A stretch of DNA of 64,000 nt from Alphaproteobacteria bacterium (GTDB lineage Bacteria > Pseudomonadota > Alphaproteobacteria > RF32 > CAG-239). Numbering within the stretch: position 1 is the stretch's first letter; each line of letters opens with the position of its first letter. Below, piece by piece: positions 36,928 to 46,800 of this stretch. The notes below the pieces were generated by a model that saw only the letters and a program-made list of their open reading frames with translations, ran no database searches and had not been told where the DNA came from. Location of the stretch: NCBI GenBank assembly GCA_017528205.1, contig JAFXPE010000032.1, forward strand, positions 225,517-289,516. The letters run 5' to 3'. Both the position numbers and the translations under genes were made by a program.

Positions 36928-37674
36928 ATGGCGGATCAGTTAGGTACAAACAACACACAGCAACGTCTTCTCGCCTCGGGGCAAAAGCGTCAGGCGGTGC
37001 ACGCTGCCACCACGCATAACATAAATCGCAGTGAAGACAGCTTTGTTGTTAATGCCAGCGAAAAGAGATATTTGTGGACCGCCCGCGCGTTTGCGGTGGT
37101 TACGGCGATAAGCATCTGTTGCAATTTGGTGTTGATATTGACAATTGCCAACATTTTGCCTCTGTATCGTGTGGAGCCGTATTTGCTGACCTTGTCCAAC
37201 AAAGAAGAGCAAGTGTATCGCATTGAACCGTACAGCCGTGATATGGAAGCCAAAAAGTCTATTACGGAAACCTTTATTCGCCAGTATTTGCTTTTAAGAA
37301 CAACCTTGTTGCCGGATATCGAAGAGATGGAATCGCGCTGGCAAGAAGGCGGCGATTTGCAAGAAATGTCTTCACCGATGGTGTATCAGGACTTTATCAA
37401 GAACACCGGCGTAAAGTTGATGCAACGCATGAAACAAGACGGCTTAACCAGCAATGTGAAGATAATTACGGTAAACGAAATAGAAGAAGCGGTTTGGCAG
37501 GTGGAATATAGTGTTGATTATTATTTACCGTCATCATATGAGCCGAAAACGCTCAGATACAGAGCAAGTATGCGAATTCAATATATTCAGCAACGTGTTC
37601 AATTTAAAGAAAGATTGAAAAATCCGGTCGGATTTAAGGTTGTTTCATACAACGTCAAACAAATAAAAGACTAA
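36928..37674 (+). CDS. virB8: VirB8-like bitopic T4SS protein, copy 2
   Basis: It is collinear with copy 1 (FIRQYLLLRTTLLPDIEEMESRWQEGGDLQEMSSPMVYQDFI versus FIKQYIIMRNTVINDAQEMRTRWGPGGIVHYMSAPDVYADFV). The C-terminus reads ...NPVGFKVVSYNVKQ. Confidence 0.6.
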   Translation: MADQLGTNNTQQRLLASGQKRQAVHAATTHNINRSEDSFVVNASEKRYLWTARAFAVVTAISICCNLVLILTIANILPLYRVEPYLLTLSNKEEQVYRIEPYSRDMEAKKSITETFIRQYLLLRTTLLPDIEEMESRWQEGGDLQEMSSPMVYQDFIKNTGVKLMQRMKQDGLTSNVKIITVNEIEEAVWQVEYSVDYYLPSSYEPKTLRYRASMRIQYIQQRVQFKERLKNPVGFKVVSYNVKQIKD

Positions 37675-37689
37675 GGTTAGGGTAAAAAA

Positions 37690-39306
37690 ATGAGAATGAG
37701 CATAAAAAAACTGATGTTAATAATGGTCGGAATGTTGTTGTCCGGCAATGCTTTTGCAGACTTAACAACAGGTGAAACCGCCGCATTGGATCAATCGGCG
37801 GACCAATCTCAGGGAAATTATCAGCCGATGAATTTAGGCTATGCCGGTTTCAACTCGCTCGGCATGATTCAAGAAGCGTGGCAAGATCCTTTGCAAAACT
37901 TGGGCGAAGGGCAGTCCAAGCCGGCTTATTCCAAATACTATTGGACACCGGATTTGGTTTTGCCGGTTCGGGTGCGCGAAGGTATGATTACCATGATTAA
38001 TTTTCCGGAATGGGAACTGATTGAGCGAGTTCAGGTCGGTGATTCCCGTTCTTTCTCAGGTTCGGTACAACAACCTAACACGGTTTTGCTTTATCCGGCT
38101 CCGCAAGCCGCAGTTGGTGTAGATTCCAACGTGGTGGTTTTCGGACGTTCCGGCAACAAATATGTCTTTTATGTCAGAAGCGAAGGCGTGAACACCGAAA
38201 GATTGACCAATGCCATTATTGATATTGATGTAGTCGGCGACAACGGCTCATCGGGAGGTAGTCCCAGGGGCCGCGTGGGGACGGTAGGCGGTGTCGGCGC
38301 TTCAGGCAATTTGAATGGGGGTAACAATACTCTTTATTCATCGTATACTCAGCGCTTTTTGAAAGAAGATTGGTTGAAGAGTATTCCGCTGGATCCGAGC
38401 AAGTTTCGCTTTGATATTGAAATTTATGTGCCTAATCCGGACGATGTGATTATTGCGCCGGAACGTGTTTGGCATGATGATATCTTTACTTATATAGATT
38501 TGGGCGAAAAGGCCTTAAATATGGTTCAACGCCCGATTGTTACGCTGATTATCGAACGTTCGGAAACGCCGGTCGGCTTCAGAACCAAAGGCCCGAACAA
38601 CAGACTTATCATTGTTGAGGGCATCGGTGATATGGTAATGCGTAGCGGCAAACGTATGGTGTGCTTAAAGATGCGTCGTTCCGATGATGAGGGAATGCAG
38701 TATGTTACTTATGCCGATACCAGCAACGAATGGGATGTCGGACCGGCAATTCCTGGCGGTGCCAACGGTAACGGTGCCGGCGGAGTCGGTGCATACGGCG
38801 CCGGAGCAGCAGGTGGTGCGGCCGGTGCGCCGATTCCGGACGGAAACGGCGGAGTTTATGTGCCGAACGGTGCCAGCGCCATGATGGGCGGTGCCGGAGC
38901 TATGGGCGGCGTGGTCGGTAATTCTATGGGCGGATACGCCGGAAATATCGATTGCAGCGGTATGTCTCCTTTAAGCAGCGCCGGTGCAAATATGGCCAAT
39001 CCGTATCCGAAATATAAGTACGGCAGCGGTTTTGAAGGTCAAACCGACGACCATATATCCATAGAACTCGGAACCGACGGCAACGTGAATAATTTGGAAG
39101 CGCTGTGGAAAGATTTATCCGGTCGTTATTCTTCGATTTTGGGCGAATACGAACCATTCTATTCCGTTGATGCTCCGGCAGACGGACAAGGCAAAGAACT
39201 GTTCCATTTGCGGGTAGGCCCGATAAAGAACTTGAATACGGGAGATTCCGTATGCAGCAAGTTGGGGCGCAACGGAGTGTTCTGCAGCGTGGTGAGGATG
39301 CAATAA
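37690..39306 (+). CDS. virB9: VirB9/CagX-like outer-membrane core protein carrying Gly-rich insertions and a C-terminal extension
   Basis: It has a signal peptide. The N-terminal domain reads ...VLLYPAPQ...NKYVFYVRSEG, which is VirB9-like. The C-terminal domain reads ...DDIFTYIDLGEKALNMVQRPIVTLIIERSE...RLIIVEGIGDMVMRSGKRMVCLK. A roughly 150-aa G/A/N-rich region follows, and the terminal ...LFHLRVGPIKNLNTGDSVCSKLGRNGVFCSVVRM is SPOR-like. At 538 aa it is about twice the canonical VirB9 length. Confidence 0.6.
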   Translation: MRMSIKKLMLIMVGMLLSGNAFADLTTGETAALDQSADQSQGNYQPMNLGYAGFNSLGMIQEAWQDPLQNLGEGQSKPAYSKYYWTPDLVLPVRVREGMITMINFPEWELIERVQVGDSRSFSGSVQQPNTVLLYPAPQAAVGVDSNVVVFGRSGNKYVFYVRSEGVNTERLTNAIIDIDVVGDNGSSGGSPRGRVGTVGGVGASGNLNGGNNTLYSSYTQRFLKEDWLKSIPLDPSKFRFDIEIYVPNPDDVIIAPERVWHDDIFTYIDLGEKALNMVQRPIVTLIIERSETPVGFRTKGPNNRLIIVEGIGDMVMRSGKRMVCLKMRRSDDEGMQYVTYADTSNEWDVGPAIPGGANGNGAGGVGAYGAGAAGGAAGAPIPDGNGGVYVPNGASAMMGGAGAMGGVVGNSMGGYAGNIDCSGMSPLSSAGANMANPYPKYKYGSGFEGQTDDHISIELGTDGNVNNLEALWKDLSGRYSSILGEYEPFYSVDAPADGQGKELFHLRVGPIKNLNTGDSVCSKLGRNGVFCSVVRMQ

Positions 39307-39309
39307 AAA

Positions 39310-42300
39310 ATGAGTAAAGAGCCGTTAACACATTCGGACAGATATGTTCGCAAAACCAATAAAGTGATTCTGATTATCGGAATTGTTACTTTATGTGTGT
39401 TTTTGTTCGGCTTAATGCTGCTCGGAACGGAAGCTCCGGAAGAGCAGCAACACTATGAATTTGAGCATTCCATAGAAGAAGAAAGTCAGGTCGGTATAAG
39501 TGCCGAGAGCAATACTTCGGCCGAAATAGAATTTGAAAACACCGAAGATACGGAGCCACCGATAACGCTTTCGCCGGCGGAGCTGAATATGGGGCAGGTT
39601 GTTTTGGGCAACGAGGCCAGCAACGTTTTAACCATCGGCACCAATGGCAAACGCGAAATTAAAATACTTTCGGTTGAGCTTGAAGATGCTCCGTTTGACG
39701 GTTTTCATTATGAAACCAACTGCAAAGACAGAGAATTGCGCGGAAAATTGACCTGTTTGGTGACGATGAACTGGTTGCCGACGGTTGCCGCCAATGTTCA
39801 AAGCAATTTCAAAATTGTGTGGCACGAAACCAACGTTTCGGATAACAGTGCCAAGCATAGCGAAGTAACGGTTCGCGGTAGCGCCGTAACCAAGGATAAC
39901 TGCACGGTTTGCGATACCGGCGCGGTGAGCGGCACGACGGAAAACGGTGTGGACGGCGCAAAAGGCAAAATGCGCTATGCCATCGGGCCGGACGGCAAGG
40001 TTATCGGCTGGATAGATGAAAACGGCGTGGTTCATGATTTTGACGGCAATGAAATCGGCCGCGTCAACGCCGACGGTATGGTTGTCGATAAAGATGGCAA
40101 TATAATAGGTGTTGCGGCCAACGGACGTGTGATTGTCGATGAAAACGGCAACGTTATCGGTTATGTAGATGAAAACGGTGTGGCCTATGATTTGGAAGGC
40201 AATGTTATCGGCACGGTTTTGCCGGATGGTACGGTCGTTGATGCCAATGGTAATGTTATCGGCAAAGCGGTGGAATACGGCTATGTTTATGATGACGACG
40301 GTAATATTATCGGCAGAGTTTTGCCGGACGGCACGGTTGTCGATATGGACGGCAAAGTCATCGGGCATGTGGATAAAAACGGGAATGTCGTAGATGAAAA
40401 CGGCAATATTATCGGTCATGTGGCCAAAGCCGGTGAAGTTATATTAGATGATAACGGCGACGTGGTCGGTGTGGTTATGCCAAACGGCAATGTAGTTAAC
40501 GAAGACGGAGAAATTGTCGGAAAAATGAATGCCGACGGTTCGGTTGATGATGTTGAAATCATCGGTAAACGCGGCGCGGCGGCGCAAATGGTTTATGACG
40601 AAAACGGCAATATTATCGGCTATGTCGATGAAAACGGCGTGGTGCGCGATTTTAACGGCAATGTTATCGGCCACGTTGATGAAAACGGCAATGTTATTGA
40701 CGCCAACGGCAAAGTTATCGGTCATGTGAGTGACGAATGGCGCGATTTGGCATTGGATGAAAATGGTAATGTTATCGGTTATATTGATGAAAACGGTTTG
40801 GTACACGATAACGACGGTAATATTATCGGGTATGTTGATGCCAATGGTAATATAATCGGTAATAAACCGAAAATCACCACTTCGGGCAAAGCCAGTAAAC
40901 ATGCTTTGGCGTTGGATAAAGACGGCAACGTTATCGGTTGGATAGATGAAAACGGTGTGGTACGCGATTTTGACGGCAATATTATCGGTCATGTTGACGA
41001 AAACGGCAACATAGTTGATGCCAACGGCAATATCATCGGTCATCGCGGAAAAGCCGCTAATTTGGCCTTTGATAAAAACGGAAAATTAATCGGTATCATT
41101 GATGAAAACGGTGTGGTACGCGACTTTGACGGCAATGTTATCGGCCATGTTGATGAAAACGGCAACATAGTTGACGCCAACGGCAATATCATCGGTCATC
41201 GCGGAGATCCGGCAACGGTTTTGGCTATGGATGAAAACGGCAATGTTATCGGCTGGATAGATGAAAACGGCGTGGTGCGTGATTTTGATGGTAATATTAT
41301 CGGTCATGTTGACGAAAACGGCAACATAGTTGATGCCAACGGCAATATCATCGGTCATCGCGGAAAACCGGCCAAATTGGCATTGGATAAAGATGGTAAT
41401 GTCATCGGCTATATCGATGAAAACGGCGTGGTGCGAGATTTTAACGGCAATGTTATCGGCCATGTTGATGAAAACGGCAACATAGTGGATGCCAACGGCA
41501 ATATCATCGGTCGACAGGGTGGTGCCGCCAATTTGATATTTGATGAAAACGGCAAGTTAATAGGTTATGTTGATCCAAACGGTGTGGCTCGTGATTTTGA
41601 TGGTAATGTCATAGGCTATGTTGATGAAAACGGTAATGTGGTTCGCAAGGATTATTCCGGCGAAATCATCGGCAAGGTAGGCAATCGCGCAGATTTGGCC
41701 GTCGATGAAAACGGCAATGTTATCGGTTGGATAGATGAAAACGGCGTAGTGCGTGACTTTAACGGCAATATTATCGGCCACGTTGATGAAAACGGCAATA
41801 TTATAGATGCCAACGGCAATATCATCGGTCATCGCGGCGATTCCGCACTATTGGCTCTGGACGAAGACGGTAATGTCATCGGTTACATTGATAAAAACGG
41901 CATTGTGCGCAACAGCAGCAATCAAATTATCGGCATTGCCGACGCCAACGGCAATATTCGTACCTTCGGTCGCCGTATTATCGGCAGAACTTTGGATAAA
42001 AACCTGTTACCGATAACGCCGGAAGGAAGATTGTTGGGCGTGTTAAACAATCGCGGCGAAATTATCAATCAGCAGAAAGTTGTCGGCAAAATGCGTCCGG
42101 ACGGCATTGTGACGGATATTTCCGGCGCCAAAGTTTTAGCCAAAGGCGTGCGGCAGGGATATATCGTAAACTGGGGCTGTGATTTCAGCTTAAAATTAGA
42201 CCGAGACGGAGTTGTCCGTCGTGACGGCGCCGAAACCGGCTATCGGGTATACGCCGACGGCACGGTTTGGACACCGGAAGGCAAGTTTGCCGGTCAGGCC

Positions 42301-43881
42301 ATGCCAACCGGAAGCGTTTATGACGACAAATGCTCTTACATCGGCGAAGCCAACGCCGACGGCTATGTGCGCGATCTTAATAATCAGGAAGTCGGGTGCT
42401 TGAATCCTGACGGTACGGTATTGGATTTGGAAGAGCCGAAAATTAAAGGCCATGTGGTGCGCAAAAAGGCGGTAATATCCAGCCATACTTGGAAAGAATT
42501 GGGAACTTTGGATGCCGGCGGCACCTTGCATGACGGTAAAGGCGCGGTAATCGGCTGTGCCAATTTCTTCAGCGACGTTTATGACGGCGATTCGGCTTAT
42601 TTAGGCTCGGTTTCCACCGCCAAATATGCGTTCGGTTTTAACGGAAAATTGTTGGGAATCTTTGACGAAAACGGTAGTATCAACATTCCGAATGTTCAGG
42701 GAGCGCACGTTATTTTGCATGATTTGGTTGCCGATAAAAACAACAGAATCATCGGCTACGCTTTGCCGGAAGTAAATATTTTGGTTGATGCGCAGGGACG
42801 CAAGCTCGGCCATCTGTTTCCGGACGGCAAAATTTATGATGCCGACGGTATAGTTTTTGATACGTTTAACGGCGGAAATGTCGGCAATTATAACGGAATT
42901 GCCGCCGGTTTCGTACGTCCTAGATATGTGGTGGATGCCGAAGGCCGTAATATCGGTCGGGTAAATTATGATTTGACCGTGTTGGATTATAAGGGCGCGG
43001 TTGTCGGCAAAGTTAATGCCAAAGGGCAAATGTTTGACCAAAAAGGCAGATTGGCGGCGGCAACAGTTCAGCAGGGAGGTGTTCGCGGATATGACGGAAC
43101 ATATTTGGGATATGTGGTGCCAACGGGAGAAGTTGTGGAACAACAAAATGTTGAAGATGCTTTAGGCAAACGCCATCGTCGCGGCTCGATTATGGGACGG
43201 GTTACTCCGGACGGATATGTGCTGAAAGATAAAAAAATTATCGGCGAAGTTTTGCCGCAAAAAGTTATGGTTGATGTGTTCGGGCGCATTGTCGGCATCA
43301 CCAACGATTACGGCGTAGTGATAACCGCCGACAACTCGATGATTTCGACCTTGCTTCCGGGCGGCGGCAACAATAACAACTTTGTTGCCATGCAAACCGG
43401 CATAGTAATTGATTCGTCAGGAGAAATCATCGGTACGGTATGGCCAAACGGTGAATTTGCCGACTTGAAACATGTGGTATCCGGCAGAGTGTTGGCCGAC
43501 GGCAAGGTTATCAGCGGCGACGGACAGTTTTTGGGCGAAGTGCTCAGCGGCGACATTGTTATCGGCAACGATGATAAGGTCAGAGGCATCGTCGGCACCG
43601 ACGGCAAGGTTTATAAGGGCGATACGGTGGTCGGCAAAATACTTACCGACGGCTTGGCGGTGGATATGCAAAACAATATCATCGGCCGTGTATACAGCAT
43701 AGGCAACGCCGTTTTATCAAATTCCGGAGATTATATCGGCAGACTTGCGGCCAACGGAATGGTTATTGCCGATGAAAACAACGAAATAGGCTATATCAAG
43801 AGCAACGGTTCGTTTGTAGATATCGATAAAAACGTATCCGGATACATATTGCCTGAAGTGGCGCGGAATCGGAGGAATTAA
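39310..43881 (+). CDS. Giant (1523 aa) bitopic repeat protein built from about 13-aa D-x-N-G-N-(V/I)-I-G periodic units
   Basis: An N-terminal TM segment (KVILIIGIVTLCVFLFGLMLLG) is followed by dozens of degenerate repeats of type VDENGNVIDANGNIIGH. The gene sits immediately upstream of, and 2 nt from, the VirB10-domain gene. Confidence 0.6.
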   Translation: MSKEPLTHSDRYVRKTNKVILIIGIVTLCVFLFGLMLLGTEAPEEQQHYEFEHSIEEESQVGISAESNTSAEIEFENTEDTEPPITLSPAELNMGQVVLGNEASNVLTIGTNGKREIKILSVELEDAPFDGFHYETNCKDRELRGKLTCLVTMNWLPTVAANVQSNFKIVWHETNVSDNSAKHSEVTVRGSAVTKDNCTVCDTGAVSGTTENGVDGAKGKMRYAIGPDGKVIGWIDENGVVHDFDGNEIGRVNADGMVVDKDGNIIGVAANGRVIVDENGNVIGYVDENGVAYDLEGNVIGTVLPDGTVVDANGNVIGKAVEYGYVYDDDGNIIGRVLPDGTVVDMDGKVIGHVDKNGNVVDENGNIIGHVAKAGEVILDDNGDVVGVVMPNGNVVNEDGEIVGKMNADGSVDDVEIIGKRGAAAQMVYDENGNIIGYVDENGVVRDFNGNVIGHVDENGNVIDANGKVIGHVSDEWRDLALDENGNVIGYIDENGLVHDNDGNIIGYVDANGNIIGNKPKITTSGKASKHALALDKDGNVIGWIDENGVVRDFDGNIIGHVDENGNIVDANGNIIGHRGKAANLAFDKNGKLIGIIDENGVVRDFDGNVIGHVDENGNIVDANGNIIGHRGDPATVLAMDENGNVIGWIDENGVVRDFDGNIIGHVDENGNIVDANGNIIGHRGKPAKLALDKDGNVIGYIDENGVVRDFNGNVIGHVDENGNIVDANGNIIGRQGGAANLIFDENGKLIGYVDPNGVARDFDGNVIGYVDENGNVVRKDYSGEIIGKVGNRADLAVDENGNVIGWIDENGVVRDFNGNIIGHVDENGNIIDANGNIIGHRGDSALLALDEDGNVIGYIDKNGIVRNSSNQIIGIADANGNIRTFGRRIIGRTLDKNLLPITPEGRLLGVLNNRGEIINQQKVVGKMRPDGIVTDISGAKVLAKGVRQGYIVNWGCDFSLKLDRDGVVRRDGAETGYRVYADGTVWTPEGKFAGQAMPTGSVYDDKCSYIGEANADGYVRDLNNQEVGCLNPDGTVLDLEEPKIKGHVVRKKAVISSHTWKELGTLDAGGTLHDGKGAVIGCANFFSDVYDGDSAYLGSVSTAKYAFGFNGKLLGIFDENGSINIPNVQGAHVILHDLVADKNNRIIGYALPEVNILVDAQGRKLGHLFPDGKIYDADGIVFDTFNGGNVGNYNGIAAGFVRPRYVVDAEGRNIGRVNYDLTVLDYKGAVVGKVNAKGQMFDQKGRLAAATVQQGGVRGYDGTYLGYVVPTGEVVEQQNVEDALGKRHRRGSIMGRVTPDGYVLKDKKIIGEVLPQKVMVDVFGRIVGITNDYGVVITADNSMISTLLPGGGNNNNFVAMQTGIVIDSSGEIIGTVWPNGEFADLKHVVSGRVLADGKVISGDGQFLGEVLSGDIVIGNDDKVRGIVGTDGKVYKGDTVVGKILTDGLAVDMQNNIIGRVYSIGNAVLSNSGDYIGRLAANGMVIADENNEIGYIKSNGSFVDIDKNVSGYILPEVARNRRN
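40580..41960 (+). repeat. Array of about 9 tandem in-frame higher-order DNA repeats of roughly 156-165 bp (52-55 aa), several of them near-identical
   Basis: Units of the form ALDKDGNVIGWIDENGVVRDFDGNIIGHVDENGNIVDANGNIIGHRGKAANL recur. Three copies are almost identical at the DNA level (e.g. gatgaaaacggcgtggtgcg(c/t)gattttga(c/t)gg(c/t)aatattatcggtcatgttgacgaaaacggcaacatagttgatgccaacggcaatatcatcggtcatcgcgga). Confidence 0.8.
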
Positions 43882-43883
43882 GT

Positions 43884-46800
43884 ATGTTGCAGATATTGCG
43901 TAAAACATATAAAGCATTGTTGATTATCGGGAGCATGTTCTTGCCGATGTGCGCGAATGCCGCGGAAATTACGGCCATAGACTTTAACGGCAATATCATT
44001 GGACAAGTTATTTCCACCGGTATGGTCATCAGTCCCGACGGCGAAAATATCGGCACCATAACGGCAGACAGTTTGATATTAAACGGCTCGGGTGCGGTAA
44101 TCGGCGGCGTTGTGCCGCAAGGTATTGCCATTGGCATGGATAATCGTTTGCTCGGCAAAATTCACAGCGACGGCATCGTGCGCAGTTTGAGCGGCAGAAC
44201 CGTGGGCACGGCTTTGCCGAACGGTTTGGTGATTGATTCTTCGGCCGAAGTTATCGGTGCGGTTTTGTATCCGGGAATCATTTATTCCTCAGCCGGAGAG
44301 GCCATCGGGCGTTTGACCGGCGGCGGTGAATATACCAAGTTGGAAGGCCAACGCGTGGGCTTTGTTTCGGCTAACGGCTACGCTTATCGTAAATCGGGCG
44401 ACGATTATGTTTTGGACGGCCGTTTGATGTCTTCCAAAATGGTAATTTCGGTAGAGGGCAAGTTTTTGGGCAGTATTGCCCCAACCGGACAGATTATAGA
44501 TTTTGAAGGCAAACCGGTGGGGAAAATACACGCCAACGGTTTTGCCTATAACGAAAACGGAAAAATTATCGGCAGCGTGGTTGCCACGGCTTATGCTTTT
44601 GACCAAGCCGGCAAATATTTGGGTGTTGTCGGATATAACGGCGAAGTTAAACAAGGCGAGCAAGTTGTTGCTATGTATCGTGCCGATGGCAATCTGGTGC
44701 GGCCAAACGGCGATGTTGTGGGCTTTGCCGTAGATATTGCGGCCACAGCCAATGACAATAATGGAAATTACCTCGGCTATGTTGTTCCGCAGGGCAATAT
44801 CGTTCGGGGCAAAGAAATCGTCGGCAAAATCGGGGCTAAAGGCATTATTTACGACGCAAAAGGCAATAAAATCGGCGAGTTGGTTAAAACCGGACCGGTT
44901 TATGACGCACTGGCCAGACTGAAAGGCCAAAGTATGAAAAACGGCCGCTTTGTTACGTTGGGCGGCAATGTTGTCGGACACATCAGAGGCAAATACGCCT
45001 TTGACAGCAACGGAACTTTAACCGGCGGCGTGTCGGAAGGTATGATTGCCATAGACAATACCAATAAATCCTTGGGAATGAGCAACATCGACTCCGGCGT
45101 TGCCAGAGGTTCAAATACAGCCAAAATATCCCCGTTTGGTTATCTGTTTGGCAATGACGGAAAAGTTATCGGTGCCGGATATCCGATGTCGGCTGTTTAC
45201 GGCAACAACGGCGTGTTGTATTCTTATATCAATCCGAATGGTGAATTATATCGTCAAGCAACGGACGTTACCCTGTCGGAAGCCGGTGTCGCTTATAGCA
45301 AAAACGGTTATCTCGGAGAAATGGTAAATCCACTGTATGCTTTGGACTTTATCGGTAATCCGCTGGGGCAGTTTGCCAACGGAAACATTGTTCTCAATGC
45401 CGGAAAGATTGCCTATAAAATTTTGCCGGACGGCTACGCGGTAGAGACAAGCGAAGCGCTGTCGCCGATGTTAACCCCGATTAAAGGTTTCGGCGGCAAT
45501 CGGCGTATAGCCCTCAATATCGGCGGCGATTTAATCGGTTATGCCAGCGAAACGGGCGAAATAGACGGCCTCAACGGCAATACTTTTGGCCGAATAATGT
45601 ATAATGAATACATTGCGGATAACAAAAAATCCGTGGTCGGCAAATTGATACCGTTTGCCACGGTGGTCAACGAAAAATGCTCGGTAATCGGTGTGGTTAA
45701 CGGTCGCGGCGATATCGTCAATAATCGCGATGTTATTATCGGACGCCTGCTGCCTAACGGACAGGCCATATCTGATGTCGGCAGTTACATCGGTTATGCC
45801 GTGTTTGAACAGGTGCTGATTGATAATGACGGCAATTTTGCCGGCACGGTTCACGATGCTCAGGGCAACGATATGAATTCCAAGAATATTGGTTGCGTCA
45901 ATCGTAAAGGAATTATTGAAGATGACGAACATCGTCAACGTTACGGTGTGATTACGGCGGCGCCGACGATTGATTTTGAAAACAATTTGTTCGGCTATGT
46001 TTTGGCCAACGGACAGGTTGTGAGCAGAAATGATCAGATTTTAGGTTATATGCAGCCAAACGGCAACGTTGTTTCCAAATCCAAAAAAGTATTGGGTAAC
46101 GTTATGCGTTATCAGGTGGCATACACGGATAATAACCGCTTTTTGGGAATGATTGGAGCCAACGGCGAGGTTATCAGCGAAAAAGGCGAACTTGCCGGTC
46201 AGGTTAATTTTGACGGCAGCATTGTAAAAGACGGCGAAGTTATCGGTTACGCCTTGTATGATTTCTATGTTTATGACGAAAATTTTGTAACATACGGTTA
46301 TTTAACCAAAGACGGCACGGTTTTAAGTATGGTCGGCAGTCGTTTGGGGCAAATAGACCGGGGTTTTGTGGTTGACCGCAACGGTCAGATTATTGCCCGC
46401 GGCAATCGTGATTATATTGTTCGCGATATCAATCGCAATGCCGTCGGTGAATTGCGTATAGACGGCACGGTGGTCGATTTTGAGGGGCAGAATGTGGGTT
46501 ATTTATCCGAAGGCGGAGTTATCAGAGATCCGAACGGCGATGAAATAGCTCAGGCAACTCCGTATCAATATTATGTTGCCATCCAAAAAGCGGGTGAAGT
46601 CAGCGAAAAAATCGAGCCAAAAGATCGCCGCAAAGTAAAGATAAATGAAGCGGAAAAAACGGAAGATGTTGCCGCCACCGAAAAGAAAGTACGTCGCCAA
46701 AAGCTGGGTAATCGTGTTGTGGGCATAGCCCTTAGTCCGGACGGCGATATTATCGGTAATATTTATGATGATGACACGGTGCGCACCGACGACGGTACAC

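Noticed and set aside
40580-41960. Possible CRISPR array, because of regularly spaced near-identical repeats
   Set aside because: The repeats are about 160 bp long and contiguous, with no unique spacers. They maintain one long reading frame encoding a coherent protein repeat. No cas genes are nearby.
39628-43146. Many minus-strand ORFs of 60-260 aa (e.g. 39628..40419, 40444..41043, 42601..43146) and the plus-strand ORFs at 40169, 40529 and 41807
   Set aside because: They are antisense or out-of-frame readings of the highly repetitive giant coding sequence. They have no RBS, and their low-complexity translations (DNIAV..., FIH...) mirror the sense-strand repeats.
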